From contig JADEYG010000012.1 in NCBI GenBank assembly GCA_016906335.1, positions 868,001 through 932,000 on the forward strand: DNA of 64,000 bases, given 5' to 3'. The notes beneath the pieces are model-generated. The model saw only the letters and a list, made by a program, of their open reading frames with translations. It had not been told where the DNA came from and did not search any database. Shown here piece by piece: positions 23,916 through 37,617 of the stretch. Position numbers and translations under genes: made by a program. Every line of letters starts with the position of its first letter. Position 1 is the stretch's first letter. The DNA comes from Novakomyces olei (lineage: Eukaryota).

Positions 23916-24091
23916 TGTACAATGTATTAAAAGGTACAATCTGTTAAAAAGTACAATGTATTTAAAAAGTCCGTCTAGCGCTGAGCGCATGTTTATTATG
24001 TCATAAAAAGTAACAAGATGCCCGATTAATAACCCTAACAAACCCTAAATTGTATGTATATATATATGAATTTGAGTGGTGTGGAGCAATC

Positions 24092-25585
24092 ATGACGCGC
24101 TATTCAGCTTTGGCATCCATTTTCCATCCTCGAGCTATTGCTGTCAGACAGATGTCGACAAAAGCGAAAGCGCTACCGGCGCTTTTGTCGGCAGCGGAGC
24201 TGAATTCTGTCCTCGGAAAAGACGGCCCGATAGTGCTTGACTGCTCTTGGTTCTTGCCCAATAGCAGCACGACTGGGGCACAGTCCTTTGCGAATAAGCA
24301 TATTAAGGGCGCACGGTTTTGGGACATTGATGCAATTAGCGATACAAAGTCGCCTTTGCCTCATATGCTGCCCTCACCTCGTGCTTTTGCCCTTGCAATG
24401 GGTGAGTAAGCTGCTGATTTGAATTGGAATCTAATCGTTGTCAGGAACTCTGGGGATTTCGCGCGACGTGAGTACCTGTGAAGATTTAAAAGATTTATTT
24501 TATTTTAAAGATTTATTTTAATTAGAACATTTGCTCTAAACATTTAATTTAATTAAAAGATTTATATTTATATTTTTATGTTAACAAATAGAGTCCATTG
24601 GTGTTGTATGACTCGCAGGGAATCTTCTCGGCTCCACGTGTGTTTTGGACGCTCAAGGCGTTTGGCCACGATCAAGTTAGTCTTTTGAATGGTAAGTTTA
24701 GGGTCAATTCGTGTACGATATCGTCTTTCCCTTTGCTTGTTTTTTTTTTTAATTTTCTTGTCATATGATCCCCACGTTGATACATGCTCTCCCGCGCACG
24801 GACTAGTCTCCGTTTCTGTTTGTTAATGAGATTTTGGTACATTTAAATTGCCACATGTCTAATATCAGGTGGACTTCCAGCATGGGCAGAGGCAGCTTAC
24901 CCTACTGAAAGCGGAGACCAAACCCAGTTCTCTCAAACCGAGTACCCCGTCATCAATACTAACCAAGATCTTGTGACGTACTTGGACGATGCTGTGCAGT
25001 TTGCAAAGAAGCAACTGTCTCCGGATACTCGACTCCTCGACGCTCGGAGTCCAGGACGGTACTCGACATTATTATTTTTATTATTACTATTATTATTATT
25101 TTTATTTAACTTGCCTTTTTGACTGACTCTTCTTCATTAGATTTTCCGGTAGTGAGAGCGAGCCTCGACCTGGAGTCGCATCGGGGCACATTCCAGGCGC
25201 CGAAAATTTACCTTTTGGAGTTTTGCTTGACAGTAACAAGACTCACTATTTACCAATTGATGAGCTTCGCCGTATTTTAGTACAAGAGAAAGGGCTTGAG
25301 CCCCGACAGCCCGTGATTGTAAGCTGTGGTTCTGGTGAGTATTTTTGCTTTTGGATTTTAGTACGAAACTAATCATAAGGGGTAACTGCTTCAATCGTCT
25401 GGTTTGCTCTCTATCTGCTAGGGTTCTCCGATATTCGAGTTTATGACGGTATGACACATTTCTTTCTCTTTTATTTTCTGTCCTTCCTCATCTTTCTTGT
25501 AAATTTAACTTCTTTTGCAGGCAGCTGGACCGAGTGGGGAAGCAAATTTAATGAGGATCCCGCAATGGTCGAAAAATCTGGGTAG
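24092..25585 (+). CDS. TUM1: Rhodanese-type thiosulfate/3-mercaptopyruvate sulfurtransferase (7 exons) with putative mitochondrial presequence
   Basis: LDCSWFLP, HIKGARFWDID, PHMLPS, SAPRVFWTL, LDARSPGRF, EPRPG..SGHIPG, SCGSGVTA, YDGSWTEW. Confidence 0.92.
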
Positions 25586-26032
25586 CCAGTGAAAAATGGT
25601 GGCGTGCGTTTTGTTCCTGTTTAGCTTCAGAGCCTATGTGTTTTATTACTTTTATACGAGTCGTGACTGCCTATTCTTTCTAAATTCTAGCAAATAAATC
25701 GCGGGGAGCATGTATAGAAAAGATTAAAAATAGTCAAAAATAGTGAACGGGTCGCGAGGTCTCGGCAAAAAGGCACAAATTTCCCAGTCCAATGTTCATC
25801 GCGCAATAGCCTTTTTGCCTTGAAAGACCCCGTCTTTTATGCTCCATATATTCCCGTATTAAACAACAGCCGCCCTTTCAATTCTATTTCTGAACCTTTT
25901 CTCGACTGATTATCCAAACAATATTTCGAGAATGACTAGACCATTTTTATCCTTTTACCTTTTTCTAATGTAAAAACCAATTCGTCCAATCATGCGCTAC
26001 TGAAAGCGCAAAACCCCTTGCCTCGCGCTCTT

Positions 26033-28014
26033 TTAAATCAACAAGTTATCATTATTACCATTTGCTGGCGACGCAGATCCGTTCGCTAGACCGGCACCTG
26101 TTCCGCCATTTTGCTGGCCCCAGATATTCTTTTGTGACTGCTGTTGAGCCAGCTGAGCCATGCTTGCTCCGCCTGTCTTTGGCTGGGCAGTAGACGTAGG
26201 AGACCCACTGCTCGCCGTTCGAGCAGAGCTCCAAATGCTCGAAAACAAGTCTCCACTACCAGGTCCTCGTGCATTTGACCCGCTAGAAAAGGAGGCAGAA
26301 GACTGGGCAGAAGATACTTGAATAGGCGTTTGCAGATTCGTCTGACTGGCTCCGGCAGCTGGAACAACCGAGCTGTTGGATGAAGGCACAGCCCCCAATG
26401 GGCCTGACCCTGGGCTCAAAAACAAACCTGATCCAGCCGAGTAGTTGGGCCCAGTCACTATAGAATTGGCAGATGACAGTGGCGGTGACGTCAGATTAGC
26501 ACCAAAAACCGGCCGAGACTGGGCAGTAGTGGCAGTCGGTGCTGAAGAAAAGCCGCCAAAGAAATCGGCATCATTGGCGCCTGCATCGGTAGACGATCTA
26601 TTGTTGCCGTTGCTTACACTAGTCATTATTTCAGAAGCCTTTTGTGCAACCTTCGGCGAGACTGTAGCAGGCATGGCCGACTGGAAGTCATCAAATTCGT
26701 CGTCTTGAGCAGCCGAAGCCTTTGGAGGCGGTGCAGAAGAAGAGACATTATTACTGTCGTTATCATCGTCTCCAAAATCAAACAAATCCGCAGTAGGAGC
26801 TGCTGGCTCCTTCTTGGCAGGCGCTGAAGGCCGTTGCTGTTGCTGCCTGGACTTACCACTGGAAGATGGAGCTCTTTTGACTGCAGAAACAGATGACTCG
26901 CCTTCATCATACTCGCTGTAAGGCTCATAGACACCTACAGGATCTGCCTGTACACCGTCACTGGACTCTGCGTACTCGTCAAACCCACCACCGTCTCCGT
27001 AAACACGTCGACTAGAAGTTGGGTTGAGTTCAATACGGCCATTCCCGAATCCACCTCCATCACCATAGATCTGCCGAGACGTTGGGTACCGGGAAGACGA
27101 GGCATCTGAAAAACGGGAAGAAATCACAGAGGGCGGGATAGTCTCAGAGCCGAAGCCTCCGTATTTAAGACCAGTGCCACCGAACCCAACGCCATCACTG
27201 CTTTCGCCCGTGTACTTGTCACGGGTCTGACGTGCCTTTTTACGCTCATTGCGTAACCTGTCAGAGTCATTGAGCAAATCCACCAGCTCTTTGGCCCGAT
27301 TTCGCACTGCATTATTAGCGAATTGTAAAGGATGACTCGATTGAATGAAAAGTCTGGAATATTAGAGTGCATATCGACTTACCATTGACACCCTGATCTC
27401 GCATTTTATCGTCAACATAATAGAATGAACGAAGCATTTTAATAGTAGCCTGGTGAGCTCTAGCATCATCTACAACACGCTCACTGCCGTTTCGGACCAG
27501 AAATTCTAGGAGCTGCAGTGCTTTGTAGATCTGCCTCCATTCCTCGACCGACTTTTCCGTAAATCGCCTGTAGATGATTGACATTATTTCATTAAATTGC
27601 CCACTTGATCAAGAGTCAGTAAAAGTTCTACAAGGCAAAGGAAGGGGATGACATACTAATTGAATGTACCAGCCGCTATTTCCTGCATTGTCGTGCTGCT
27701 TGCACCCCACGGCTCATTGTTGGTTCTAGAAGAGTCAATCCCACAATCAAAAGAACAAAGAGAAGGCTGAGCAAAAAAGCCCTGCTCTATCGTGCTAAAA
27801 CTTACGCCTCTCGTACACGAGCCTCCGTTTCCGTGTAGTTCATCATAACTAGTCCCGCTTAGCCTCAAGAAAGCAAAAATCTAATTTAGCCTTACGGTTC
27901 TGTGCCTTGCGGAAAGCATGCTTGACATCATATAGCTGCGTAAAGAATTAGATCACGGATCAAGACAATATGCCTTACAGAAATATTTTGTACTTTGTTC
28001 TGTATCTGATCCAT
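26033..28014 (-). CDS. ENT3: Epsin-related ENTH protein Ent3 (6 exons)
   Basis: LYDVKHAFRKAQNLMMNYTETEARVREATNNEPWGAS, EWRQIYKALQLLEFL, DLFDF and DDEFDDFQSA motifs. Confidence 0.9.
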
Positions 28015-28597
28015 GACGTTGCTGCGAAAAATCCGTAATCGTAGAGAGAACCGGTAAAGGCGTATGCAACGCCGTAAAAATTAAACAAAAATCGGATAGA
28101 TATATTATGCTAGAAGCAAGTCGTAGGCTGTTGATCAAGTTGTGCAAGGCCCACAAGTGAACAAATTTTGCTCTTTCCTCACGGTGCCGATAGTGCCGTT
28201 AAAGGCGCGTTCCACCTATACCACTCTTGACGGCAGGGACTAGTTAAAATGAGCCTGGTCAGGGTTTTCTATATCAGTGTACATGCATATTGAAAATTAT
28301 AATATACTCAAATTTATCGAGCTTGATAGTCAGGGGTTTGTATACTAGATAATTTGAACTAAAATACTCACCATAGTAAAACGTACTCACACAGCCATGA
28401 TAGAAATTGGCCACCGTTATTCCTTTTTCATTTTCGATTTATAATTTATAATTTCTAATTTCTAATTTGCTATTTATTTCTTTTATTTTGCATTATTTCT
28501 ATTTTAGATTTTTTTAAGTTCGTTTTTCTCAATTAACATTGAATAAAGTCTGCTCTGGCGGAACTTCTGCGAGCTCAAAGTATTAAATCATCATCGC

Positions 28598-28712
28598 ATA
28601 ATATAATATAATATAATATAATATAATATAATATAATATAATATAATATAATATAATATAATATAATATAATATAATATAATATAATATAATATAATATA
28701 ATATAATATAAT
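28598..28712. repeat. (ATAAT)n pentanucleotide microsatellite, ~23 copies
   Basis: Read directly. Confidence 0.95.
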
Positions 28713-28960
28713 CTCTTTTTGGAGTACGGTGCTTTGCTGGACTCGAAGGATTAGATTAACGAAATAATGCGGCTTTCATCTTGAATCTTGCCTCCAATTA
28801 ATCGATGCGCTATAGGGGCGACTGCTGAATTCTTTTACCCGTCTGTTTCAAAAACACTTTATTCGATTTCGGAACAGAAATGCCGACGACTCTGTGGTTT
28901 GTTTACCGGCCTTGATCAATGCGCTGGCAGTGTCATCTTTGGAATGCCCTAGCAACAGCA

Positions 28961-30556
28961 ATGGAAGATTTCCCCCTAAGTACGCAAGCTCTTGTTCAAA
29001 GGCAGTTTGCTTCTGCGTCAGAGGTGGCGCCCATTCTAATTTCTTCTTCACCGCCGTTGTCACCATCACTCGAAAGGGAACGGTTCCACGCACCAATACG
29101 GCATCGTGTTTCGAGCAAAGACTCGTGTGATAATTGGACTGGTGATTTTGCTGACACTGAAAAGCTGCGGCAATCTCTACTATCATTCGGTAACGACAAA
29201 GAAGAAGTGTCGACCGTAAAGTCGACCTTTACAGCAAAGAAAAGGCAAACTTTACGCGCAAACTACAGCACTGATCTGTCGGCAGCTCGAACTATAACAA
29301 GCAGAGCATTAGCACACTTTTATTCTGAAAATGAAGCGAAGCGTGATAACGCTGGCCGTGAGTCTGCAAAGGTTACAGATGAGAAGCAGACAAGCTATAA
29401 CCAATGGCAGAGATGCTCCCTGCGAGCGTTGGAAAATAATAAAAAGTCATTAAATAGACGAGTGGACCCAGACACGGCTTCGCCTCCGAAACGTAAGCAG
29501 CGTCGGCGAAAAGTTCAACCAGAAAGCGTTTTAGAGAGCCCAAAGACGGCTTGTTCACGGCTACGGGCTTTACGGCTTTGTTCGTCAGCATTAATAGCCC
29601 AATCAAAAAGCTTAGATCAACCTCAAAATCGGACTGATAAAGGCGTACCTGAATCGCGACTCGGTGGAAATAAAGATCGACCTTTATTTCGAGCGGCACA
29701 GAATAGAGAAGAGGCTACATTGCCCATTCTCGAGATTGACTCGAGTTTTGAGCTAGAAGACTTGTCTGCTTACAATTGCTTAAAGCTGGCTAATGCTCCA
29801 CTTGTCATCACTAGCGGATCCAGTGGTTCTATGAATACGGTTGAAACTGGAGACGGTAAAAAAATTGTTTGCTCACAAATTCGCAATTCGCAGGACTCGT
29901 CAGACGTAGAGTTAGACCCATTGCCGCTTAGTTTGGGCATAGACGGAAATATCGAGCTTCCAATATCTCAAGCCTCGAAACCAGAATCCCAGGGCTCAGA
30001 GCCTTCACTTTCACAACAGTCAGTGGCAAAGACCACTCTATCTCAACAACAAAAGCACAAAATCCAGCCGCTTAATCGTTTAGCTCATGAGCTTGGTATC
30101 ACGGCTTTGCAAGATACGCACAAGCTTTCCATGGAGGATTTGAAAAAATTGAACGATAGCTTTGGGTTTAAACCAGCTCGTTCCAAGGCCAAATTAATAG
30201 AGACAGTTACGGCATGTCTTGGTGCGCAGGGCTACATATTTACACAAAACCTTAGACCTGAAGATGAGCCTCGGCAAAAGCGAAAACGATCCCCGAAAAG
30301 GAGCAAAAAGGACGGTTCAGAGACCACTAAAGAGGCAGAATTACAAACCACTTTTGATAATATAACGAAAGCGGTCACATCACTACCATTAAATTGGGTA
30401 TGGAGAGATATTCTGTTATACAGACCGTTAGTACTTGAGGACGTATATTCCTACTTGAAAGATGAGCATGGAATTGCACTCAGAGATTTGGCCTTGCTGC
30501 GCCGCTGGTGTGATGAAAGAGGAATTTGTCAGAGAAGCAGAGCTTTGCAGAGGTAA
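28961..30556 (+). CDS. SLX4: Structure-specific endonuclease subunit Slx4
   Basis: SAP-like LSMEDLKKLNDSFGFKPARSKAKLIE and C-terminal WRDILLYRPLVLEDV...LRRWCDERGIC domain. Confidence 0.8.
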   Translation: MEDFPLSTQALVQRQFASASEVAPILISSSPPLSPSLERERFHAPIRHRVSSKDSCDNWTGDFADTEKLRQSLLSFGNDKEEVSTVKSTFTAKKRQTLRANYSTDLSAARTITSRALAHFYSENEAKRDNAGRESAKVTDEKQTSYNQWQRCSLRALENNKKSLNRRVDPDTASPPKRKQRRRKVQPESVLESPKTACSRLRALRLCSSALIAQSKSLDQPQNRTDKGVPESRLGGNKDRPLFRAAQNREEATLPILEIDSSFELEDLSAYNCLKLANAPLVITSGSSGSMNTVETGDGKKIVCSQIRNSQDSSDVELDPLPLSLGIDGNIELPISQASKPESQGSEPSLSQQSVAKTTLSQQQKHKIQPLNRLAHELGITALQDTHKLSMEDLKKLNDSFGFKPARSKAKLIETVTACLGAQGYIFTQNLRPEDEPRQKRKRSPKRSKKDGSETTKEAELQTTFDNITKAVTSLPLNWVWRDILLYRPLVLEDVYSYLKDEHGIALRDLALLRRWCDERGICQRSRALQR

Positions 30557-31819
30557 AAGAATATATTCAGCGTGATGTGGTGAAATGAGCAATTTTTGCC
30601 GTATTGTACATATCATCAGGCTCTTTAAAGGGTCATGGATTGAATAATATTTCATTTGTATACAATTTTTTGAAGGCAGTCGCATAAACTTCAGTAATAG
30701 TGTATCATACTACTGCCTCCACTGCAATCTGACCTGTACAATTAGTATTAAATTTGATCAGATCAATCAAGAACTCTCACAGCCTTTTATGCTTTAACTT
30801 CAGATACTGTACGTTTTCTTTGATGGTAGCAAAGATAATACATGCTATTTAAACACATCATTGAAGCGATTTGGCTGTGATTATTGTTCAGCTTTGCACT
30901 TACACAAGTCTAGTCTCGTCTGATCGTAGTCTCTCTTGGCTATATTAATTGATTGGATTCGGAGTATTCATTCTTTTCATTTATTTTTTCCTCTGGTTAC
31001 ATACAAATTTGCGAGTTTCAAGTATACGAAATAGCGCGCGGTGCAAACGTTACCCACTAATTGGGAACAGCAAAGCTGAAGTCTGCGGAGAGGAAACAAT
31101 TGATGAAAAGCACTATACTTTCTTTGTTCCATATTACATTGTAATGTTCCCGTCGGAAGATTTGTGTTTTGGTTTTATAAACGTTGAATATTTCTGCGTA
31201 CGTGCTCGTTGTCGGCTTTCCAGCTTCCAAGATTGATCAAATACTCGCGGTCGTATGGGCAAGGTAAAAAAATCAAGTAATACTGCTCCTTAATTAAGCC
31301 TAGGGCCAACAAGTTTTCGGGGTATAGGGGGTTTAGGGCCGTTTAGGGATAAAGTAGTAGTGAGAGGGGAAGTGACAATATCGAAGAGTAGAATTGAAAC
31401 CGAAAGAGACGAACGAGATCAATAAGAGGAAACAGCTTCCAAGCTGAGCACACTCAGTTGGCAGTTAATAGCAGTCATAATTCAAACTAAAATCTAAAAT
31501 ACGAGAATTAAATATGGTTAAAAGCTACCCCGACCCATAATAATATTCTTCGCCAGTTCATATACAAGGTCCGATTCGTATCCAGCTTGAGGTGTCAATT
31601 AACTATTAGTCATCGTATAGCGATTATATTCCCCATATTATTTTCTAAACAAAAGCGTCGATAGATAATATAAACGAATGTAGCCGCGAGCTAATATTTA
31701 TTGAGTGTATGACAAAGCCTCTCTCCCTTATAACGAATCTGGCGCTCAGCACTCTGTAAAATTCTCTTTTTCAGACTAAATCGTGTAAACCAGGCGGCGC
31801 ATTTAATCGCGCTTCAACA

Positions 31820-32693
31820 ATGCCTACTGTTGTTACTGCTCAATGGTCGTGCGACAGCAACGATTTGCAAAAGGTGGGGAAATCAAGTTGATACTGCGCG
31901 GGAGGGAAACCGATAGGAAACACGCAAGAATTGAATATTTTTAAGCAAGTGACTAATACTAATTCAAAAGGTGACGGAAGCAATTGCCAAGCTTACAGCT
32001 TATGCTCGTGAAAACGAGCCGGGGACGCTTTCTTACTGCACGCTTCAACAAATAGAGAGCCCGTGCAATTTTTTCATTTTTGAACGGTACAAATGATTTA
32101 TTTTTTGTTTATTTATATTTTATTATTTTATTATTATTTTTATTGATTTTCATTTTTATTTTTATTCATTAGCTCCTAAAGCACAACGATTAACCTGAGG
32201 GATCGTGTACAGGTACGCTAGCGATGAAGCAAACAAGACGCATACCCAAAGTGAGCCGTTTAAAGCGTTTGTAAAGCTGGCAGATGAAGGAGTGCTCCGA
32301 GACTTTAATTTGGCATATTCCACGTCAGAAATGGGTTTCCTTGTGAAACCCGGGTGTGAGCGAGTATCGCCTACCGACTATTTTTGGGTCGCTGAGTATC
32401 ATTATCAACCGGGCTCTAGGGAGCGTGGAATGAGCCTGTTGAAAAATGTTTCAAATGAAAGCTCTGTCAAGGAGTCGGGTACTCTAAGCTACACTGTGTT
32501 AAAGCACTCGTCTGCTCCAAATGCTGTGACGTTATTCGAGCGCTATACGTCCAAGTCTGCTCTGGAAGATGTACATTTCAAAGGCGCGGAGTTTGTCAAA
32601 GTTCGACAGATAATGGAAGCGGAAAATTTATTAGCCGCCCGTAAGCCACGGGCCTTCAAGTTCAGTGGCATTGGCTACTTGCAAAAGACATAA
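31820..32693 (+). CDS. Tandem ABM (dimeric alpha-beta barrel) domain protein (3 exons)
   Basis: ENEPGTLSY...FFIFERYASDEANKTHTQSEPF and ESGTLSYTV...LFERYTSKSALEDVHFK repeats. Confidence 0.85.
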
Positions 32694-33071
32694 TCGGTAT
32701 AGCAGTTGAAGAATAATAGGGTCGACTCAACAGAATTAGGATTATGTTTAGGACTGTTGAAAGACTAATCAATTAGGTGAAGGCCTTTGAGGAAAACAGC
32801 TCCGCTTTTCGTATTGAAATACATAGTGTCTTTTCATCAAACTATATTTATGTTATGATTTGTTGATAGTTGATCGCAATGAACACAATCATTATTATTA
32901 CTATGACTTTTAAATGCTTGCTTTTATGTTCTCTTATGTGTCTGTTTTTGGATATAGTACAGTAAATCAAATAAAATGCAATTGTTCCAAAAAGGCCCAT
33001 GAGAATGTGGTGCTCTATATCTCATAAATATTTTTAAGGCCAGACAGCTCATTTAAGAGAACTCCAGTATT

Positions 33072-35954
33072 TTACGCTATACGGTTCTTTAAGACGGCCG
33101 TAATTTGTTCGTCAGTGAGATGTTCAATAAGCAGCTCTGCGCGAATGCTATCAAAGACACCATTTTCCAAGCCGGTCGTGCTCGCTACTCCTGGACCTGA
33201 GCCTCTTTCTGCTCCGTTGTAATTAAGAACTACCAAAATCTCAGAGGCACGGGCGAATTTATCCCTAGACTTGTAAGACGGAGAGATGCGGCTTATGATT
33301 TCCTGTATCTCTGATTCGAGGTAAATAGCCCCCATCTCGTTACACTTTATGGACATTAATTTTCGCTCCAACGGGTGCACTACTGCGGAAAGTGCCACCT
33401 CTATTAAAGAGTCCAGTGCGGTTGTTGAGAGTGTTTTGCGTACAATTTCAAAAGCGATTTCCCAAATGCTCAAGAATCTGCTCTGCAATGCCTTTGATGC
33501 CGATAATTCCTCAAACTCCATTTGCGTCAAAACGAACCGTATATCCCTAAACGAATCTGACAGAATAAGCCGCAGTTTAGGTCGTATTTCCGTCTGGAAA
33601 ATATCATCGAGCGCACTTGAAAGCAAATTGTTAAAAAAGGCATTTATAGTACCAATTGACCTCAGAGTCTCCGCCGCCTTTTTCGCATCGTCTTCGAAGA
33701 CAAAGTACACTTGCCCATCTATTTCTCGTAATCGTTCCTCCACAATTCGCTTAAGATACTGCCGAGAAAGATCAAAATTATTAATGCAAACAAGCATTTT
33801 GTCCCTTGCTGCCTCTTCCTGGGGAGTTTGACGTACTATCGCTTTATTAGCGGCAGGAAAGGCCATTTTTTCAGATAGCTGACGGTAATAATTTGTTGTA
33901 CTTTGCCACAAACGTTTTAATGCTGCCACATAATCATTCTCAAGAATTCTTCGGACACCGAGTCCCACATTCACCAACGCTTCAATTTGCCCAGTCGAAA
34001 TTGCCCGCTCCAGTACCAAATTAATTATATACATTACATCATCAACAGCCGTTGATACGGGAGGCGAAGTAGAGTGATCGAAATCATTTATTTGGAACGC
34101 CTTCTCCACAGATCTTCGTGTGAACCAAACTTCAAGCGACTCGTAAGCTTCTCGGAAACGATTTTGTAACATTTCATGCACTACAATTGACGTCAGACAC
34201 GAAGGCCTGGTCATCTGGCCGTCATCTGATTCTGAATCGTCGGAAACCTAACGGGTTAGTTCCTTTGTGATATGGAAGAACAGTATGCGCTGAGCTTAAA
34301 TGTAAAAGATTGACAAATTTATGTCATGATGCGCTTATCGAACGCCTAAGTATCATTACCCTGTACTTTATAGCAATAAACTTTGAATACAATGCCCAGC
34401 TGGATAGTATTCCAGCTATTTCACGTAGCAGTTGATCCACAACGCTGGTGGTAATAACGTCGTCTTCTTGGGAACTTCTTTCATTGTTTGCTCCCAAAAT
34501 AGCTTGCGAGAGAAAGGTGAACGTAAATGATTTAGCATCCGAAAGCTTGATGTTAGTCTCAAATAAAAAGAGGGCAAAACCATTAATTAGATTAAATATT
34601 ATTGAAATTAATCAATAGAGCAATAAAACAATAATAAAACAATTAGAAAAAAAAGCAAGAAAATTTTGTAAATGCATACCTTGCGCGCAACACGACGTTG
34701 GTCCCAAAATGTGTCGAGGATCATGGCACCACGGCTTTGGCATTCGGTTTGCAGCATTTCAATCACAAGCCTTATGCTGCTTCGCCCATAAAATCGTTGT
34801 ACAATTGGTGAATGGTGATCGATCGTACGGGCGATATTTTCCAGCAGCGTTTGGAAAGCATGCGCGTAAAAGGTGGGCGCTTCATCTAAATATTAGAACT
34901 TATTTCATAGCGGGAGTAATCTTGTATTTGATTTTCCTCCTTTTATAATCGATTAATGCGTTTGATATAGCATTTTCGTCAACATACCGCTACCACTCAT
35001 GACCGCACGAACTTTGGTGGTTATAATACCAGAAACTGACTCTGTGTAAAGCTTAAGGCCACTCGCATCCCGTCCAATAAGTGGAAACAATTTGAAAAAT
35101 CGTGAGACTTTTTGCTGATCCTTAGTTCTAGCCGCATTCTGGAATTCTCGTTGAAACAGGTTATGTAATAATTCCGACACATTTTCCAAGTATACGCCAG
35201 GAACTTCAGGTATCTCTGTAGATGGAACCATTTGTTTAGCGGTCTTCCCGTTTATGATCGATTCCGGCACCGCACGAGCTCGATGGACAGCCTTGGCAGC
35301 TTCTTCCCATTCTTGAGCCTCGAGAGCTGTATGGACACGTGAAACAGCAGCCTAAATGTTAGCACCAAACTTGAGAAAGAAAGTAAAATTCATTGATTAT
35401 TAAATCACAGACAAAACATTAAAAAAAACCAAAACCAAAAAAAAGAAAAAGAAAAAGAACCAAAACCGACATTCTGATTCCAGATATCGATGTAGTGGCC
35501 AGACCTACCTTTAATTCCTGAACCTCTTCAATATGTTTTAGGCACTCTTTTACGCGTGACTACAACAATTGTTAGAGAATGCTGCAGCTGAAGCTTCCGA
35601 CCAAGAGAATACCTGCTCTGATTCAATCTGATAAACTGTGCGGCTGATTCGACCAGCTTTGGTCGAGGATTCGTGCAACATTTTGAGTAGCGAAATTTCG
35701 TCGAATTGTAGTCTTTGTACCATTGCTCTGTTCAAATGGTTAAGAAAAATTCGTGGTCAAGTTCATCTTATAAAATCTGACACGTACTTTATAACTTTAA
35801 GCTTTTGCATATCGCCATTGCTATCGGCGGCACCCTTTTCATGGACAACTGCCTCCTCTAGCGCGTCCGAAACGCGTTCTTCTTCGAGATCAAGCGAATG
35901 AAGGCATTCTTGAACCTCTTCAAGAGTGCTCGCCGACTCAATATCCACCGGCAT
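33072..35954 (-). CDS. COG4: Conserved oligomeric Golgi complex subunit 4 (7 exons)
   Basis: WEEAAKAVHRA, SRFFKLFPLIG, WFTRRSVEKAFQI, STAVDDVMYI, RDKFARASEI. Confidence 0.9.
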
Positions 35955-36223
35955 TTTTCACTGAAACAGGATCAGAGATTAGACCATCGTTCAGTGCCAA
36001 TGTATCATTCTCAATGTGCCATCCAGTCCAGCGCCGATTAATGGGCTTTTTGACGCTACTACGTACTTTGTATGAGTCGTATAAAAATACAGCATAGTTT
36101 AATCCTAATTATGTGTAATTTTAATGAGAGTCTGCATCGCTGTATAGTATATCGTACTGTATATAATAGACTTTTTGCTCGAATAATCATGCAAATAATA
36201 ATAAGCACAACCGTTCCAAGATC

Positions 36224-37091
36224 ATGGCGGAGGATGCTGGTCAGGTTTTGTCTGAGTTCTTGTCCAGTAAGTCTGGCGCGTTTTTACCTTCTCTTGCTGA
36301 CGTTATAGATGTCGACAATCTGCCGGCGGAGGTGACACACGTGTTTTCCGAGATGAAAACTCGTGAATCTTTAATTCTAGAGCTTCAGCGGCGTATCGCG
36401 CTACGTGAGACGACCCTGCAGCGCCATATCAAAGCGAACGGCTCCTTACAAGAGCACTCCAAGGAGGCCAAGATTACAGATAAACTAAGGCAAGACTATG
36501 CTGCTCTTGAAGCAGCTCAACAAGCCAAGTTGAAGATGGCAGAAAATATATTCTTAGTGGTACGTGATAGATATTCTTATTTGAAACATAAATTTGCAAA
36601 GACTAATAATGTGCCAGGTCAAACGGCATGTGACTCGATTAGACAAGAGCGTACAAAAGCTAGAGTCCAGTGGCCAGTTAGCGCCAGAGACTCCCTCTGC
36701 AAACGACAACAGCTCAGCTGGTACACCGACACGGGCGCTGCCGCCTACATCTACATCTATACGATCTAGCATTGGGCAACGGGCTCCTCCAAAGTCTCAC
36801 AAGCGTCGGGACACCAACAGTCTTCCTCGTACATCTGCCGCAGCTGCCGCAGCGGCTGCAGCGGCCGGTGCGGCTGCAGCTTCGTCGGATGACGACAAAG
36901 GCCAAGATGATGATTTAGAAGTTTATTGTTTTTGCCAGCAAGTGTCCTATGGAGAAATGGTGGCGTGCGATGATCCTGGCTGCGAGCGTGAATGGTTCCA
37001 TTTAGGCTGTGTTGGGTTGAAGAGCCCACCGAGTGGTAAATGGTATTGCAGTATTTGCAGGGAGAGACGAGAAGGTCGTAAAGCTCGGTGA
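36224..37091 (+). CDS. YNG2: ING-family PHD-finger chromatin protein (Yng2/Png1-like), 3 exons
   Basis: MAEDAGQVLSEFLSNVDNLPAEV ING N-terminus; YCFCQQVSYGEMVACDDPGCEREWFHLGCV PHD. Confidence 0.85.
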
Positions 37092-37341
37092 TGGGGAGAA
37101 GGAGGAAGCGTTTGTTGGGCAAGGTGGGGCAATATGGTAGTTGGCAGCGATACATGATACCCGGTAGGCTCTGATGGCTGAATTACGTGAATTTGTACAT
37201 ACAACATGTTTAATGCAGGAATAATCGATTGGCACATCCAACTCACTGAAGAGCAACGTATATAAAAACAGTATTCTACGAATTGTGATAATTGTTCGAG
37301 ATCTAGAATATAGCGTAAAAATAATAGCCAGTACGAATATA

Positions 37342-37467
37342 TGAATATTTTGAATATTTTGAATATTTTGAATATTTTGAATATTTTGAATATTTTGAAT
37401 ATTTTGAATATTTTGAATATTTTGAATATTTTGAATATTTTGAATATTTTGAATATTATGAATATTT
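37342..37467. repeat. 9-bp tandem repeat TGAATATTT x14
   Basis: Read directly; upstream of HOS2. Confidence 0.95.
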
Positions 37468-37617
37468 ACCACAAAGAATTCAAGTAATAATTAGTAGAAA
37501 ATTGACAATGTAATGCGAATGCAAAATACTCGTATATCCATCAAAAAGCGCAAACCGATTTTCTTGATTTGCTCTCCGATAAAAAATATATTCCACCTGG
37601 CATGCGGCTCGTTGTGA

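Noticed and set aside
37002-37472. ORF with (IQN)n repeats
   Set aside because: Translation of the 9-bp tandem repeat; antisense to YNG2
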